From Chiloscyllium plagiosum (Eukaryota): 64,000 nucleotides of DNA. Numbering within the stretch: the first letter of the stretch is position 1; every line of letters begins with the position of its first letter. The DNA lies in assembly GCF_004010195.1 (NCBI RefSeq), contig NC_057733.1, forward strand, positions 25,214,812 to 25,278,811, given 5' to 3'. The position numbers and the translations under genes were made by a program. Positions 26,510 to 39,771 of this stretch are shown in pieces. Under the pieces are notes generated by a model. The model saw only the letters and a list, made by a program, of their open reading frames with translations, made no database searches and had not been told where the DNA came from.

Positions 26510-28205
26510 CGATGTACAGCATGGAAACAGACCCTTCGGTCCTCTGGCAGCTCATTCCATACACTCACCACCGTATGCATGAAATAGTTGCCCCTTAGGT
26601 CGCTTTTATATCTTTCCCCTCTCACCCTAAACCTATGCCCTCTAGTTCTGGAGTCCCTAAACCCAAGGGAAAAGACTTTGTCAATTTATTCTATCAATGC
26701 CCCTCGTGATTTTATAAACCTTTATAAGGTCACCCCTCAGCCTCTAACGCTCCAGGGAAAACAGCCCCAGCCTATTCAGCCTCTCTCTATAGCTCAAATC
26801 CTCCAACCCTGGCAACATCCTTGTAAATCTTTTCTGAACCCTTTCAAGTTTCACAACATCTTTCCAATAGGAAGGAGACCAGAATTGCATGCAATATTCC
26901 AAACGTGGCTTAGCCATTGTCCTGTACAGCTGTAACATGACCTCCCAACTCCTATACTCAATACTCTGACCATTAAAGGAAAGCATACCAAATGCCTTCT
27001 TCACTATTCTATCTACCTGCGACTCTACTTTCAAGGAACAATGAACCTGCACTCTAAGGTCTCTTTGTTAGCAACACTCCCCAGGATCTTACTATGAAGT
27101 GTATAAGTCCTGCTCTGATTTGCTTTCCCAAAATGCAGCACCTCACATTTATCTAAATTAAGCTCCATCTGCCACTTCTCAGCCCATTGGCCCATCTGGT
27201 CAAGATCCTGTTGTACTCTGAGGTAACCTTCTTCACTATCCACCACACCTCCAATTTTGGTGCCATCTGCAAACTTACTAACTATTCCTTCTGTGCTCAC
27301 ATCCAAATTATTTATATAAGTGACGAAAAGCAGTGGACCCAGATCCGGTCCTTGTGGTACTCCACCGGTCACAGGCCTTCAGTCTGAAAAACAACCCTCC
27401 AACACCACCTTCTGTCTTCTACCTTTGCACCAGTTCTGTATCCAAATGGCTAGTTCTCCCTGTATTCCATGAGATCTAACTTTGCTAACCAATCTCTCAT
27501 GGGGAACCTTGTCATACGCCTTACTGAAGTCCATATAATCACATCTACCGCCCTGCCCGTATCAATCCTCTTTGTTACTTCTTGAAAATACTCAATCAAA
27601 TTCATGAGGCATGATTTCCCACACACAAACCCATGTTGACTCTCCCTAATCAGTCTTTGCCTGTCCAAATACATGACAATCCTGTCCATCAGGATTCCCT
27701 CCAACAACTTGCCCATCACTGATGTCAAGCTCACCAGACTATAGTTCCCTGGCTTTTCCTTACCACCTTTCTTAAGTAGTGGCATCACGCCAACCTCCAG
27801 TCTTCTGGCACCTCATCTGTGACTATTGATGATACAAATATATCAGCAAGAGGCCCACCAATCACTTCCCCAGCTTCCTACAGAGTTCTATGGTACACCT
27901 GATCGGGTCCTGGGGAATTATCCACACTTACGTATTTCAAGACATCCAGCACACCTCTTCTGTAATATGGACATTTTTCAAGATGTTGCCACTTATTTCC
28001 CCACATTCTATATCTTCCATGGCCTTTTCCACAGTAAACACTGATGCAAAATACTCACTTAGTATCTCCCCCATCTCCTGCAGCCCCATACATAGGCTGC
28101 CTTGCTGATCTTTGAGGGACCCTATTCTTTCCCTAGTTATCCTTTTGCCCTTATTTATTCACAAAAACCTTTTGGATTCTTATTAACCCTATTTGCCAAA
28201 GCTGG
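26510..28205 (-). mobile_element. CR1/HER1 LINE, ORF2 RT fragment
   Basis: GVPQG, KFADGTKIGG, PGNYSLVSLTSV motifs. Confidence 0.93.
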
Positions 28206-29339
28206 TTTCAGCTCAACTGGAGTGTGGTAGTCAAACTGATTGGTTTTGCATCTATAAGTCTGGGTTTGAGGGTTAGCATGTTATGAAAGTCACAATCAGA
28301 GAACGATTAACTGGTTACCCCTGCATTACAGGTGAAGATCTTTTCTGATTCCGAGTGCTGCAATCCAATTATAAAGGAAATGAGAACATCAAAAGGATTC
28401 ATTCTCACTCAGAATGCTGAAATTCTATTATGATCAAAAGAAATCAGAACTATAGAATCTCAACCAATCGACAAATTAAAGATCACAAAACCAATCCTTC
28501 AACTGCTTTGCTACTGGTAACCTTTACTGCAACAGCTGCAATGTCTAACTACCTGCTCTTTATGCATAATTCAGAAACTGACCCTATTCTTAAATTTCTA
28601 TCTTTTGAACCAACCTCTTATTTCTTGGCCGTATATATGTGTTGACTTACTATTTCTTCACAGACTATTTGATAATTAATAAACTCACTCCTTGCTAATT
28701 CAATAAAGCCTGATTAAATTGGCTCATTTTAAAACATAAATGTATGTAAGTCTAAAAGAAAGATATCCACAAGGGAAAGAATCCTTTTTAAATTAATCTT
28801 TGTGCAACAAGGTGGTGTGTGAGGAAAGAAGGGGAAACAGTTGATTCCTCCTTATTGGGAAACTTACAGTTTGGGGTATTCCCTTCTGGAACTCTCGGTC
28901 ATTGGGAATTTCACCGAGGGTCTGGTTGGAACACAATGCAGAGGACACCAGTCTGTGGTTCGATTTACTTTTCAATATAGAAAGCTGAATAATTTCATAA
29001 AAGCATGCTAATTCCATAGATTTAAGGAATCTGAAGCTAACAGAGAATGCTGGAGAAACTCAGCCGGCCTGGCAACATCTGTGGAGAGAGAAACCGAGTT
29101 AATAGTTTGAGTCCCGTGACCCCTTCTTCAGAACTGAGAAGTTAAATTTTGAACAGTTTACCAACCACCTTATAAAATTCGGGTTTCTTAAATCCAAGGA
29201 CATCTAACCCAATGAAGACTGATATTCCACTTTCACGCTGAAATTGTATTCTCTAAGCATTAAGCAATTCGCAGATTAGAATCAATGTTATAAATGAAAC
29301 CATATACACCACAAGATTAATGAACGTCATTTTCAAGAA

Positions 29340-30130
29340 ATCGGCTTTCATTTATCTGGAAAATGCGAGGCGGGTCCAAGGGTTGATCTGATGCTGACTT
29401 GAATCAGCAAAAGCACGGAGTTTAGGGTATATCCCCAAAACGTAAGATCAACCCATCGTTTGAGGAAGAGTAAAAGATTAGGAGTGCTCCTTTAGCACAT
29501 TTCGGAACTAATCTCCAGAGATAGGGAAAGTACGGATGGACAGAATACAGTACAAACTTCCCCAGCAGGAACAAGTCGCCTGAAGTTAACACAGCCGGGT
29601 ATTTCCCAGCGACAGTTGCTCCCAGTTTCGTCTCCTGGAATAGTTCAAGATTGGATCTTTCAATCCTGATATTTTGTGGAAAATTAAGTAAAGGGCCGAA
29701 GAGTTTATCGAAAGCCCGATGAACAATATTGCTGGCGGATATTTTCTGTTCACCCGGAATACTTTTCTTTGGAGAGGGATGAGTCATATCGAAACTAAAA
29801 GTTACAAAGAAAATAAGGAAGAGAAAACGGAGGGAGAACCGGCTGCTTGCAGAGTTCATTTTGAACGGAGCAGTGAACAGAAAAATGGTGAACAGAAATA
29901 TGACCGTTGCTCCCTGTTTGCTGTAACACTGGACACCAGGAGCCGGGCTCTTTCCCAGACTGGGCAGTGGACCGAGCTCTGAGCTGCACTCGCTCCCCGC
30001 AGATCCCCGGGTTCAGCTGAGCTGCTTTTGGACCGAGATCCCTGGACCGAGAACTCAGCAGTTCTCCAGGTATCGGATTTTGAATGATGACTTGGATAAG
30101 TTTGAGCCTGGGCTTGATGCGTTTTTATTT
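29340..30130 (+). promoter_or_regulatory. CpG-rich putative promoter/first exon of gene B with AICE/ISRE and kB-like motifs
   Basis: Strong CpG enrichment; TGAGTCA-TATC-GAAA 29780-29794 running into GAAACTAAAAGT; GGGTATTTCCC 29597-29607; candidate donor CAG|GTATCG at 30070. Confidence 0.6.
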
Positions 30131-30177
30131 GGGACAAAGAACAGTTTGACTTTTAGAAACATCTTTAACATGTACGA

Positions 30178-31385
30178 TGTGGAGGTGCCGGTGTTGGACT
30201 GGGGTGGACAAAGTTAAAAATCACACAACACCAGGTTATAGTCCACCAGGTTTAATTGAAGGTACAAGCTTATGGAGCACTGCTCCTTTGTCAGGTAGCT
30301 AGTGGGGTAGGATTATAGGACACAGAAGTTATAGCAAAAGATCATAGTGCCATACACCAATGTGACATAACGAACAAACCTAGATTGCTGTTAAGTCTTT
30401 CATCTTTTCGAATGGGTTACAGGTTTCAATTCATTAATATGTAAATCCCTGAACTTCTGTCAAATCACATTCTTGAGATCATTTAAGGTGACATCTCAGC
30501 TGAGACAATGCATTAAAGGTGTACTGTTAGAGTCTGTCTATATTCTAATCTTGAGTCAGATTGGTTCTATTTCCAAAGTAGGAATTTATAAACTGTCACA
30601 TGGACTGACTGCCTACAGATTGTGTGCTTTTTGAACAAAATAGAATATCTCTGCAAATACAATTTTGCAAATGCAAATTCACCCCGTCGACCCATGTATG
30701 TATGTGCATGCATGTGGAGGAGTGCGGGAGTGTGTGTATGAGAGAGAGTGTGAGCGTATGTGTGTGTATGAGAATGTGTGTATGTGTGCATGCTTAATAG
30801 AGTGTGTACATTAGAAGATACAGTATCTGCCTGTGAGATGGTGTGTGCATGGGAGAAAGCATGTGTATGTGATAGTCTGCGTGAGTGTGAGCATGTAAGA
30901 GTGTGTGTGTATATGTGTGAGAGAATGTATAGTGTAGTGGGATGTATAGTGTAATGGGATCACCTGTAGTGTGACATGAAACCATGCCATCCTTATGGGT
31001 ACTGAACTTGGCTAAGAGCCTCTGCTCGGCGATTCTGCGCTGTTGCATATCCCAAAGTCCACCTTGGAGGATGGTCACCCGAAGATCAAAGATTGAATGT
31101 CCCTAACTGCTGATGTGTTCCCTGACTAGGAATGTGACTTGAAAGAAGTTTTGGGATTTACATATTAATGAATTCAAACTTGCAACCCATTCTAAAAGAT
31201 GAAAGACTTAACTGCAATCTAAGTTTTCTCAATATATCACATCACTGTATGGCACTATGATCTTTTGCTACAAATTCTGTGTCCTATTATCCTGCCCCAC
31301 TAGCTACCTGACAAAGGAGCAGTGCTCCGTAAGCTTCCAAATAAACCTGGTGGACTATAACCTGGTGTCGTGTGATTTTTAACTT
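30178..31385 (-). mobile_element. Penelope-like element (second family) with inverted pseudo-LTRs and internal TG microsatellite
   Basis: About 260-bp inverted arms 30211-30472 and 31130-31385; GIY-YIG C-terminal remnant TILQGGL...QRRIAEQRLLAKF. Confidence 0.8.
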
Positions 31386-31573
31386 CAACATTTACATAAA
31401 GATCAAGTGTTTAAGCAATACAAACATATCTGATGTGATTTTTAATTTTAACAATTTTGAATTCCAGTTAAAACCTAACTCTTTAAACAAAGGATAGTAA
31501 AGCGTAGAGTGGATTAGAGTGTTACTGATTTGTTTGGATTGTCCTTAGGTTAACTGGAACTCAATCTGGGGAA

Positions 31574-31637
31574 ATGGTTTCATACTCTACAATAAGACTC
31601 CTTCCTGTCATCTTATGCAACATACCATCTGTATTTG
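31574..31637 (+). CDS. Gene B exon: signal peptide (MVSYSTIRLLPVILCNIPSVF)
   Basis: CCTTAG acceptor ending at 31548, ATG 25 nt into the exon, phase-1 GTAAGT donor, 93-nt intron to the V exon. Confidence 0.8.
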
Positions 31638-31730
31638 GTAAGTACCGAGCTGCTTCTTAATATGTAGCTCCATTGAATATTGATTCTCACTGACGTATGA
31701 TGAGTGAATGAAAATTATTCTTTTTTTCAG

Positions 31731-32057
31731 ATTTTGTGATATTAAATTGTCAGTCTTCAGTGACAGGAATATTTAATGAAGATACCAAACTACCATGCAC
31801 ATTGAATTCAGATTCAAGTATCAATTCAGCACACATTGAACTTTGGAAAAAGGAAAATGATGGAAAAGAAAAAATTGTGTTTAACTTCACAAAAAATGTC
31901 AGTGAAGTTCAGGGTCGGATTAAATTACTTCACCCAGGATCTCAAGACATCTCACTGGTGATCCAGAACACACAGGTGTCAGATAATGGGACATATCAAT
32001 ATTTTTTGGAGACAGCTATTGGTCACAGATTGCATGAGATTAAATTGAATGTCAAAG
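31731..32057 (+). CDS. Gene B exon: B7-like IgV domain lacking the F-strand Cys
   Basis: T-tract CAG acceptor, GTAGGT donor, phase 1-1; VTGIFNEDTKLPC...GRIKL...DISLVIQNTQVSDNGTYQY. Confidence 0.92.
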
Positions 32058-33070
32058 GTAGGTGACTGCATTCGTTGTAGAATATTTGTTGCAAGTAATT
32101 AATAACAAATTCTAGTTTTATTCTCACCCTTAAAAGTTAACGTGTGAGATGGACAAACAGCAAGTTATAGTGAGAATCAAGTTAAGACAGGAAAGAAAGG
32201 CCATGCATTTCTGTAGCATGGTTTCTATCCCCAGCAATATCTCACAATGTATTTCTACATTAGAAGGTACAGGAGGATGTATTGATAGCATGATTATCCT
32301 AATAGGACATGGTAATAATGAGTAGAGGTGCAGACAATGTTTTTATGTAATGAATCTCAATAACCAACTCACAGTTAGAGTAGTTTGATGAAAGACAAAT
32401 GTCTGGATTAATTCTATTTTTGCTGGCGTCACTTGAACAACAAATCCTAATGTGGAAGCTTCTATTGATCTCTGAAAAGTGGCCAAAATATTTCTTACCC
32501 ACCTGCGAAAATAGTTCCTGGTTTCAATCTAATATTCCATATGATTATAAGGTGTAGAAGCAGAATTAGGCCATTTGGCCCATCAAATCTGCTCCACTAA
32601 ATCCAGCATGGCTGATATGTTCCTCAACCCCATTCTCCTGCCTTCTCCCCATAATCTTTGATCCTGTTACTAACTAAAAATCTATCTATCTTTATCTTAA
32701 ATACATTTAGTGACTTGCCTCCTCAGCCTTCTGCAGCAGACGTTCACAGATTCACCACTCTCTGGCGAAAGATGTTTCTCCCTATCTCAGTTCATCCCTT
32801 CACTCTGAGGCTGTGCCCTCAGGTCCTAATCTCTCATTCATCTTGTCCACATCCACTCTAAGCAATCCTCTTCAGTAGTCGGTAGGTGTCACTGAGACTT
32901 CCCCCAGTCGAATAAACGCAACATGCACAGAGTCCTCACCTGCTCCTCATATGACAAGCTCTTCATCCCCAAGATCATTCTTGTTAACCTCCTCTGGGCT
33001 CCTACCAATGCCAGCACATCCTTCCTTAGATACAAGGTCCAACACCGCTGAGAATATTTCAAATGCGGTT

Positions 33071-33645
33071 TATTATGGACCAGACCAGAACCCCAAAAAT
33101 GTTTTAACAAGGTAACCTAGACCCTAATTTTTTTTAATTTTAAAGGCCATTGTGAAGTGAGTGTTCCACGTGTGATGCAACTAGCCAAACCACTCAGCTT
33201 TAAGCAAAACAATTTATTTAAACACTACAGGTAAAACACGAACAAAAGAAAGCAGGATTTAGAATAACTTAACTGTTGGAAAACTTAACCAATCCTATAC
33301 AGTAACTATTACCAATTAACTGTTCCAATATAGTAATATCCCTTGGCAAAAGGGTAAATTCAAACACAGATTCTTGTGTTTGAGGCAGGAGGGAATAACA
33401 TCCAGAGAGAGATTTCAGATAAAATCAGAGGAATCCTTTTCTGAAGCTTGCAACTCTTCTGGACTCACACATCCTGTGACTGATACAGCTAAAAAAAAAC
33501 TAGAAAGCCTGAACTGGGAGAACTGACCACTCCCTTTCCATAGTTAAACTGTTACCCCTTAGACTCTTTGGCACCTCTGCCTTTACAACCTCTCTTCAGA
33601 AAACCAAGGACAAAATAACCTTTTTAAAGTGACAGCATTGCCATA
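33071..33645 (-). mobile_element. Diverged solo LTR related to 24-691, nested in CR1
   Basis: Shared start TTATGGAC...CCAGA, TTTATT and GACCACTCCC blocks; host CR1 resumes on both sides. Confidence 0.65.
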
Positions 33646-34429
33646 AGTTTGACCAGAGTCTTATACTGCTTTAGCAGTGTATTTCTGTTCTTGTATTCTA
33701 CCCATCTTTAAATGAATGCTAACACTGTTCCCAACTGCCAACTGAATTTGCAAGTTAATGTTAACTTGTTAACATTAAGAGAATCTTGAACTGGGACTCC
33801 TAAGTCTCTTTGTGCTTCAGAATTCCAAAGTCTTTCCACATTTAGAAAATAGTGTACACCTCTATTCTTCCTGTCATAATCTCACACTTGCCCACAGTGT
33901 ATTCCATCTGCCACTTCTTTGCCCACTGTTTTAGCTGTACAATTCCTCCCCGCTTCCTCCACACTGCTTGTCCCTCCACCTCTCACTGTGTCACCTGCAA
34001 ACTTAGCAACAAGATGTTCAATTCTTTCATCCAGATTGTTAAAGAGTAACATGAATAATTATGATACCAACATGGACCCCTGCAGAACTCCATTAGTCAC
34101 TGACTGTTATTCTAAAGACTCCCTTATCCCCACTGTCTGCCTTTCGCCAGACAGCTAATCCTCTATCCATGCCAGCACCTTGCCTCTAACACCTCTTACC
34201 TTATTTAGCAGCCTCCTGTGTGACAACTTGTCAAAAGACTTTTGGAAATCTGAATTGATCACATCCACTGCTTTCCTTTGTCTAACTTTCTCATGACTTA
34301 ATTAAAGAATTCACACTGATCTGTGCGCAAATCCTTCCCTAGTCCAATCACACTCTCGCCACATTTCCCCTCAATTCCAGTGTACCCCAGTGAAACACAA
34401 GGCCTCGTCACAATAGGAAAGCCATTAAT

Positions 34430-34690
34430 GGGCAGCCCAGTGGCTCAATGGTTAGCACTGCTACCTCTAAAGCACCAGGGACCTGGTTTCAATTCCAGTG
34501 TCAGGTGACTGTGTGGAGTTTCCACAATCACCCCCTGCCTGCATAGGTTTCTACCAGGTGCTCTGGCTTTCTCCTACAGTCCAAGGACATGCAGGTTTGG
34601 TGGATTGGCCATGGGAAATTCAGGGTTACAGGGATTGAGTTGGTGTGGACTTGTTGGGCTGAATGGCCTGTTTTCACATTTCAAATTCTT
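34430..34690 (+). mobile_element. HE1-type SINE (degenerate)
   Basis: GTGGCTCAATGGTTAGCAC head. Confidence 0.75.
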
Positions 34691-35720
34691 AAAAGAAATT
34701 CTAACAATTTTGTCAGGCATAATCTCTCTTGACAAAGCTGTTCTGACTCAGCCTTATTTTACTGTGCATTTCCAAGATTACTCTGTAATCTCATCCTTCA
34801 TAATGAACTCTTACTAACAATGGTGCTCAGACTATCTGGCATTTGGTTTTCTGTCTTCAGTCTCCTTCCCTTCCTAAACAGGGGTGTTACCATTTTCCAG
34901 TCCTCAGGGACACTCCCTGACTCCAGTGATTCCTGAAAATCTCTACCAATACCTCCACAATCTCTCCTAGTATCTCCATCAGTACTCTGGGGTGTAGTTC
35001 ATCTGGTCTGAGTGATTTATCCACCTTCAGATCTTTTAGCTTCCCCAGCGCCTTCTCCTTTGTCATGGCCTCATATCTGTCTCCTGGTGTGCTATAATGT
35101 ATTCCATCTCAAAGACAACACTTTTGATGCTGAACATTCCTACACAGCAGCATTGAAATGCCAGATGCATTGTCGAAGGAAGAAACTGCCTCCAGTTCAA
35201 AACTGACTCCTATTGAGACAAGCTAATACTATATCTTGTTTCAGTTAGCAGAGTGACAACCAGTCTTTCAGTAAAATGATGTAATACAGCAAAATAGTCA
35301 TGTGGAAATTAATGCTTTTTACTCTAATAATTATGGCTTGAATGAATAATTGATTTGTCTCTTTTTAAAAATATTCCAAATTTTGTGCATGTATGCATTA
35401 CCAGTTAATTGATTGTAAATTTTCCGATTACTAAAAATCGTGTAAGTAAGCTACATTATCAGTGCAAATCTGTCATGATTTCCAGCAATATAAGATTCAG
35501 ATGTGCTGTAGCAAAATATGCAAATTATATAGACCAACTACTTCTAAATCAGACGGAAATGATAAAAAGAAAAGGACAGCAGAACCTAAAGCTTCCTCAA
35601 AGGTTTCAATGAACATAGTTAGAAATGAGTTCAAAACAGCAAATTGGCAACATTAATTATTTTCCTTAATTCTACATATCTTAACCTAAGATAACCTAAA
35701 TCTATCAAGATCTTTGTCTT

Positions 35721-36020
35721 AGGTGGCACAGTGGTTAACACTATTTCCTCACAGTGCAAGGAACCTGGGTTTGTTTCCAGCCTGCGGCAATTGTGTGGAG
35801 TTTACAAACTTTTCCTGTATCTCTGTGGATTTCCTCCGGGTTCTCCAGTTTCCTCCCACAGGCCAAAGATGTGCAGGTTAGGTAGACTGGCCATGGAAAA
35901 TGCGGGGTTACAGGGACAGGGTAGCAGGGTAGGTCTGGATGGGTTGGTATGGACTTGATAGGCCAAATAGGCTATCAAGAATCCTTACACTGCTTCCACA
36001 GTGTAAGGATTCTATGGTAC
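35721..36020 (+). mobile_element. HE1-type SINE (degenerate)
   Basis: GGTGGCACAGTGGTTAACAC head and V-domain body. Confidence 0.8.
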
Positions 36021-36153
36021 TGTAATACCCCTAGAAGTGATCGTTTTTACCAAGTACAACTGGGTTTTTCTTGCTTAAAGGGGAAAGAGGAGCAAAATTG
36101 CTCATTATGCTACACCTCCCGATCGTTATATTAACAATTGTGTTTTTACTTAG

Positions 36154-36450
36154 CTCCATATAGTTTGCCAAAAATGGCCTTACTCCAAAATATCACAAGA
36201 AGAATAAGAAGTGCCGACCTTATTTGTGAAACAACTGGATATCCACTCGCTCAGATTCACTGGTTTGTTTATGAGAAAAGGAATCTCACAGCCAGAGCTA
36301 AAACTCATAGTGTTCTGACTCCAGAAGGGCTGTTCAGTGTCACCAGTACACTTCACATCGAAGCCATGGAAAATGCCTTAGAAGGCAATTATACGTGTGC
36401 TGTGTTCAATTTCAAAAAAAATGATATTGAGGTGCGGAACCAATTTCCAA
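36154..36450 (+). CDS. Gene B exon: B7-like IgC domain (B7-H3/PD-L1-like)
   Basis: TTAG acceptor, GTAAGT donor, phase 1-1; APYSLPKM...LIC...GYPLAQIHW...EGLFSVTSTL...NYTCAVFN. Confidence 0.92.
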
Positions 36451-36717
36451 GTAAGTTAATAGCATTTGCTGAAACAATTATGAGTAAATGTATGTTCTAA
36501 AGCATTGATTTTGTCCCTCCCTTTCCTGAAAACATAGGCAATGCTACAGGATCATGTTTACTACACATGAACACTTATCTTAGTTTAAGACTGCTGCAAT
36601 TCCTTTCCTCAACACTGTTCACTCTTGAAACCTGTTGATAAAAAGTATGATTATTATGTGTTTAAGGACTGAAGCTGGAATTTAGAATTGAATTACAATT
36701 TTCCCCTAAATTTTCAG

Positions 36718-36864
36718 TTCCAATTATAGACACACCTACTACAAATCGGCAAAGTGAAAGGAAAAAATCTAAAATTCTCACAGCTGTCTTTGTCATTGTT
36801 GGAGCACTGGCAACTGGAATAATAATTTTGGCAATTCATCGATTCAGGAAGACCATCTATTCAG
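36718..36864 (+). CDS. Gene B exon: stalk, transmembrane segment and start of tail
   Basis: TTTTCAG acceptor; ILTAVFVIVGALATGIIILAI followed by HRFRKTIYS; phase-1 donor CAG|GTATGA. Confidence 0.88.
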
Positions 36865-37044
36865 GTATGATGGTAATATAAATGTTTCCAGTATCTGCAG
36901 AAACTCTTCAGGCTTTACAAATGAACAGAAGAGGTTGATTATCAAGCCTCCTTTGTTATTCAATTAACTTGAGCCTTAACTCCATTTTCCAAACTACTGC
37001 CCACATCCAATGAAGAGACCAAAAATCCAACCCTCTTAAATACA

Positions 37045-37920
37045 GGAACATAAAACATAGAAAATTGGTGCAGGAGTAGGCCATTCAGCCCTTCAAGCCT
37101 GCTCGACCATTCAATATGACCAACGGTTGATCATGCAATCTCAGTATCCTCTTCCCAATTTCTGTCCATATTCCTTGATTCTTTTAGCTGCAAGGGCCAA
37201 GTCCAGCTCCCTCTTGAATATTTCTTATGTATTGGCCCAACAGCTTCATGTGGGAATGAATTCTGCAGGCCCACAACCCCCTGAGTGAAGAAATCCTTCC
37301 TGACTCAGTCCTGAATGGCTTATCCCTTATTTTTAGACTGTGACCCCTAGTTCTGGACTTCCCTGTAATGGAGAACTGTCTTCCCACATCTAGCATGTCC
37401 AGTCCCTTCAAGATTTTATATGTTCCGATGAGATCCCCCCTCATTCTGCTAAAATTGCAGCAATTACAAGCCCAGTCGACCTAGTCTTTCCTCATATGTC
37501 AGTCCTGCCATCCCAAGAATCAGTCTGGTAAACCGTAATCCACTATGAAACATTCAGAATACTCGGGGCGAAGAGCTCCTAATGTTTGCAACACTTTGGG
37601 TGAAGACATTTATCCTTCATCTCACTCCTAATCCCCTGCAACTGTAACTCCCTGTTCTAAACTCCCCAGCTATCAGAAACAATCCTGTCAAGCCCCTTCT
37701 CAATCATGCTTTTATTAATGAGATCACCTCTCATTCTTCTACACTTCAGAGAATGTGGACACAATTTACTCAGCTTCTCACTCTTGGCAGCCATCTCATC
37801 CTAGGTTCCAATCTAATTAGTTTTCATGATAATGCTAGCAATGTAAGTATATCCTACAATAGATTTGGAGAACTAATTGCACATGGTATTCCAGGTGTGG
37901 TCGAACTTAAACCCAATTTG
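37045..37920 (-). mobile_element. CR1 LINE 3' fragments
   Basis: MRGDLIGTYKILKGLD motif. Confidence 0.8.
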
Positions 37921-37997
37921 AATGGCGTCAAATACTGGCTGTCTTTCTAAATGCATTATATGACATGGATAAATTCTTAGTTAAATTACTGCTAGTG

Positions 37998-39771
37998 ATG
38001 TCGTACAGCATGAAAACAGACCCTTCAGTCCAACCCGTCCATGTCGACCAGATATCCCAACCCAATCTAGTCCCACCTGCCAGCACCCGGCCTATATCCC
38101 TCCAAACCCTTCCTATTCATATGCACATCTAAATGCCTCTTAAATGTTGCAATTGTACCAGCTCCACCACATCCTCTGGCAGCTCATTCCATACATGTAC
38201 TATCCTCTGCGTGAAAACACTGCCCCTTAGGTCTCTTTTATATCTTTCCCCTCTCACCCTAAACCTATGCCCTCTAGTTCTGGACTCTCCGACTCCAGGG
38301 AAAAGACTTTGTCTATTTATCCTATCCATGCCCCTCATAATTTTGTAAACCTCTATAAGCCTCCGACTCTCCAGGGAAAACAGCCCCAGCCTGTTCAGCC
38401 TATCCGTGAAGCTCAGATCCTCCAACCCTGGCAACATCCTTGTAAATCTTTTCTGAATCCGTTCAAGTTTCAGAACATCTTTCCGATAGGAAGGAGACCA
38501 GAATTGCACGCAATATTCCAACAATGTCCTGTACACCGCAACATGACTTCCCAACTTCTGTACTCAATACTCTGACCAATAAAGGAAAGCATACCAAACG
38601 CTTTCTTCACTATCTACCTGTGACTCCACTTTCAAGGAGCTATGAACCTGCACTCCAAGGTCTCTTTGTTCAGCAACACTCCCCAGGACCTTACCATTTA
38701 CAAGAATCCAGAGAAGGTATATTCCTGTCAGGGTGAAAGGGAAGGCTGGTAGGTATAGAGAATGCTGGATGACTAAAGAAATTGAGGGTTTGGTTAAGAA
38801 AAAGAATGAAGCATATGTCAGGTATAGACTGGATAGATCGAGTGAATCCTTAGAAGAGTATAAAGAAAGTAGGAGTATACTTAAGAGGGAAATAAGGAGG
38901 GCAAAATGGAAACATGAGATAGCTTTGGCAAATAGAATTAAGGAGAATCCAAAGGGTTTTTAAAAACATATTAAGGACAAAAGGGTAACTAGGGAGAGAA
39001 TAGGGCCCCTCAAAGATCAGCAAGGCGGCCTTTGTGTGGAGCCACAGAAAATGGGGGAGATACTAAATGAATATTTTGCATCAGTATTTACTGTGGAAAA
39101 GGATATGGAAGATATAGACTGTAGGGAAATAGATGGTGACATCTTGCAAAATGACCAGATTACAGAGGAGGAAGTNNNNNNNNNNNNNNNNNNNNNNNNN
39201 NNNNNNNNNNNNNNNNNNNNNNNNNNNNNNNNNNNNNNNNNNNNNNNNNNNNNNNNNNNNNNNNNNNNNNNNNNNNNNNNNNNNNNNNNNNNNNNNNNNN
39301 NNNNNNNNNNNNNNNNNNNNNNNNNNNNNNNNNNNNNNNNNNNNNNNNNNNNNNNNNNNNNNNNNNNNNNNNNNNNNNNNNNNNNNNNNNNNNNNNNNNN
39401 NNNNNNNNNNNNNNNNNNNNNNNNNNNNNNNNNNNNNNNNNNNNNNNNNNNNNNNNNNNNNNNNNNNNNNNNNNNNNNNNNNNNNNNNNNNNNNNNNNNN
39501 NNNNNNNNNNNNNNNNNNNNNNNNNNNNNNNNNTTTTGTCATTTACATGAATGATTTGGATGTGTGCATAAGAGGTGCAGTTAGTAAGTTTGCAGATGAC
39601 ACCAAAATTGGAGGTGTAGTGGACAGCGAAGAGGGTTACCTCAGGTTACAACAGGATCTGGACCAGATGGGCCAATGAGCTGAGAGGTGGCAGATGGTGT
39701 TTAATTCAGATAAATGCGAGGTGCTGCATTTTGGGAAAGCAAATCTTAACAGGACTTATACGCTTAATGGT
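37998..39771. mobile_element. CR1/HER1 LINE with inverted 5' segment (minus 37998-38698, plus 38700-39771)
   Basis: Opposite-orientation ORF2 segments that abut in element coordinates at AATGGT. Confidence 0.8.
39176..39533. other. Assembly gap (358 N)
   Basis: Run of N. Confidence 1.

Larger units (their letters stand above)
32545..35070 (-). mobile_element. Old CR1 LINE interrupted by a solo LTR and a SINE
   Basis: RKDVLALVGAQRRLTRMILG motif and collinear decayed RT sequence. Confidence 0.75.

Noticed and set aside
29422-30137. Several 60-145 aa ORFs
   Set aside because: No homology; explained by the GC/CpG-rich promoter composition
39036-39678. Long ORFs in the track
   Set aside because: Artefacts of translating through the N gap within a CR1
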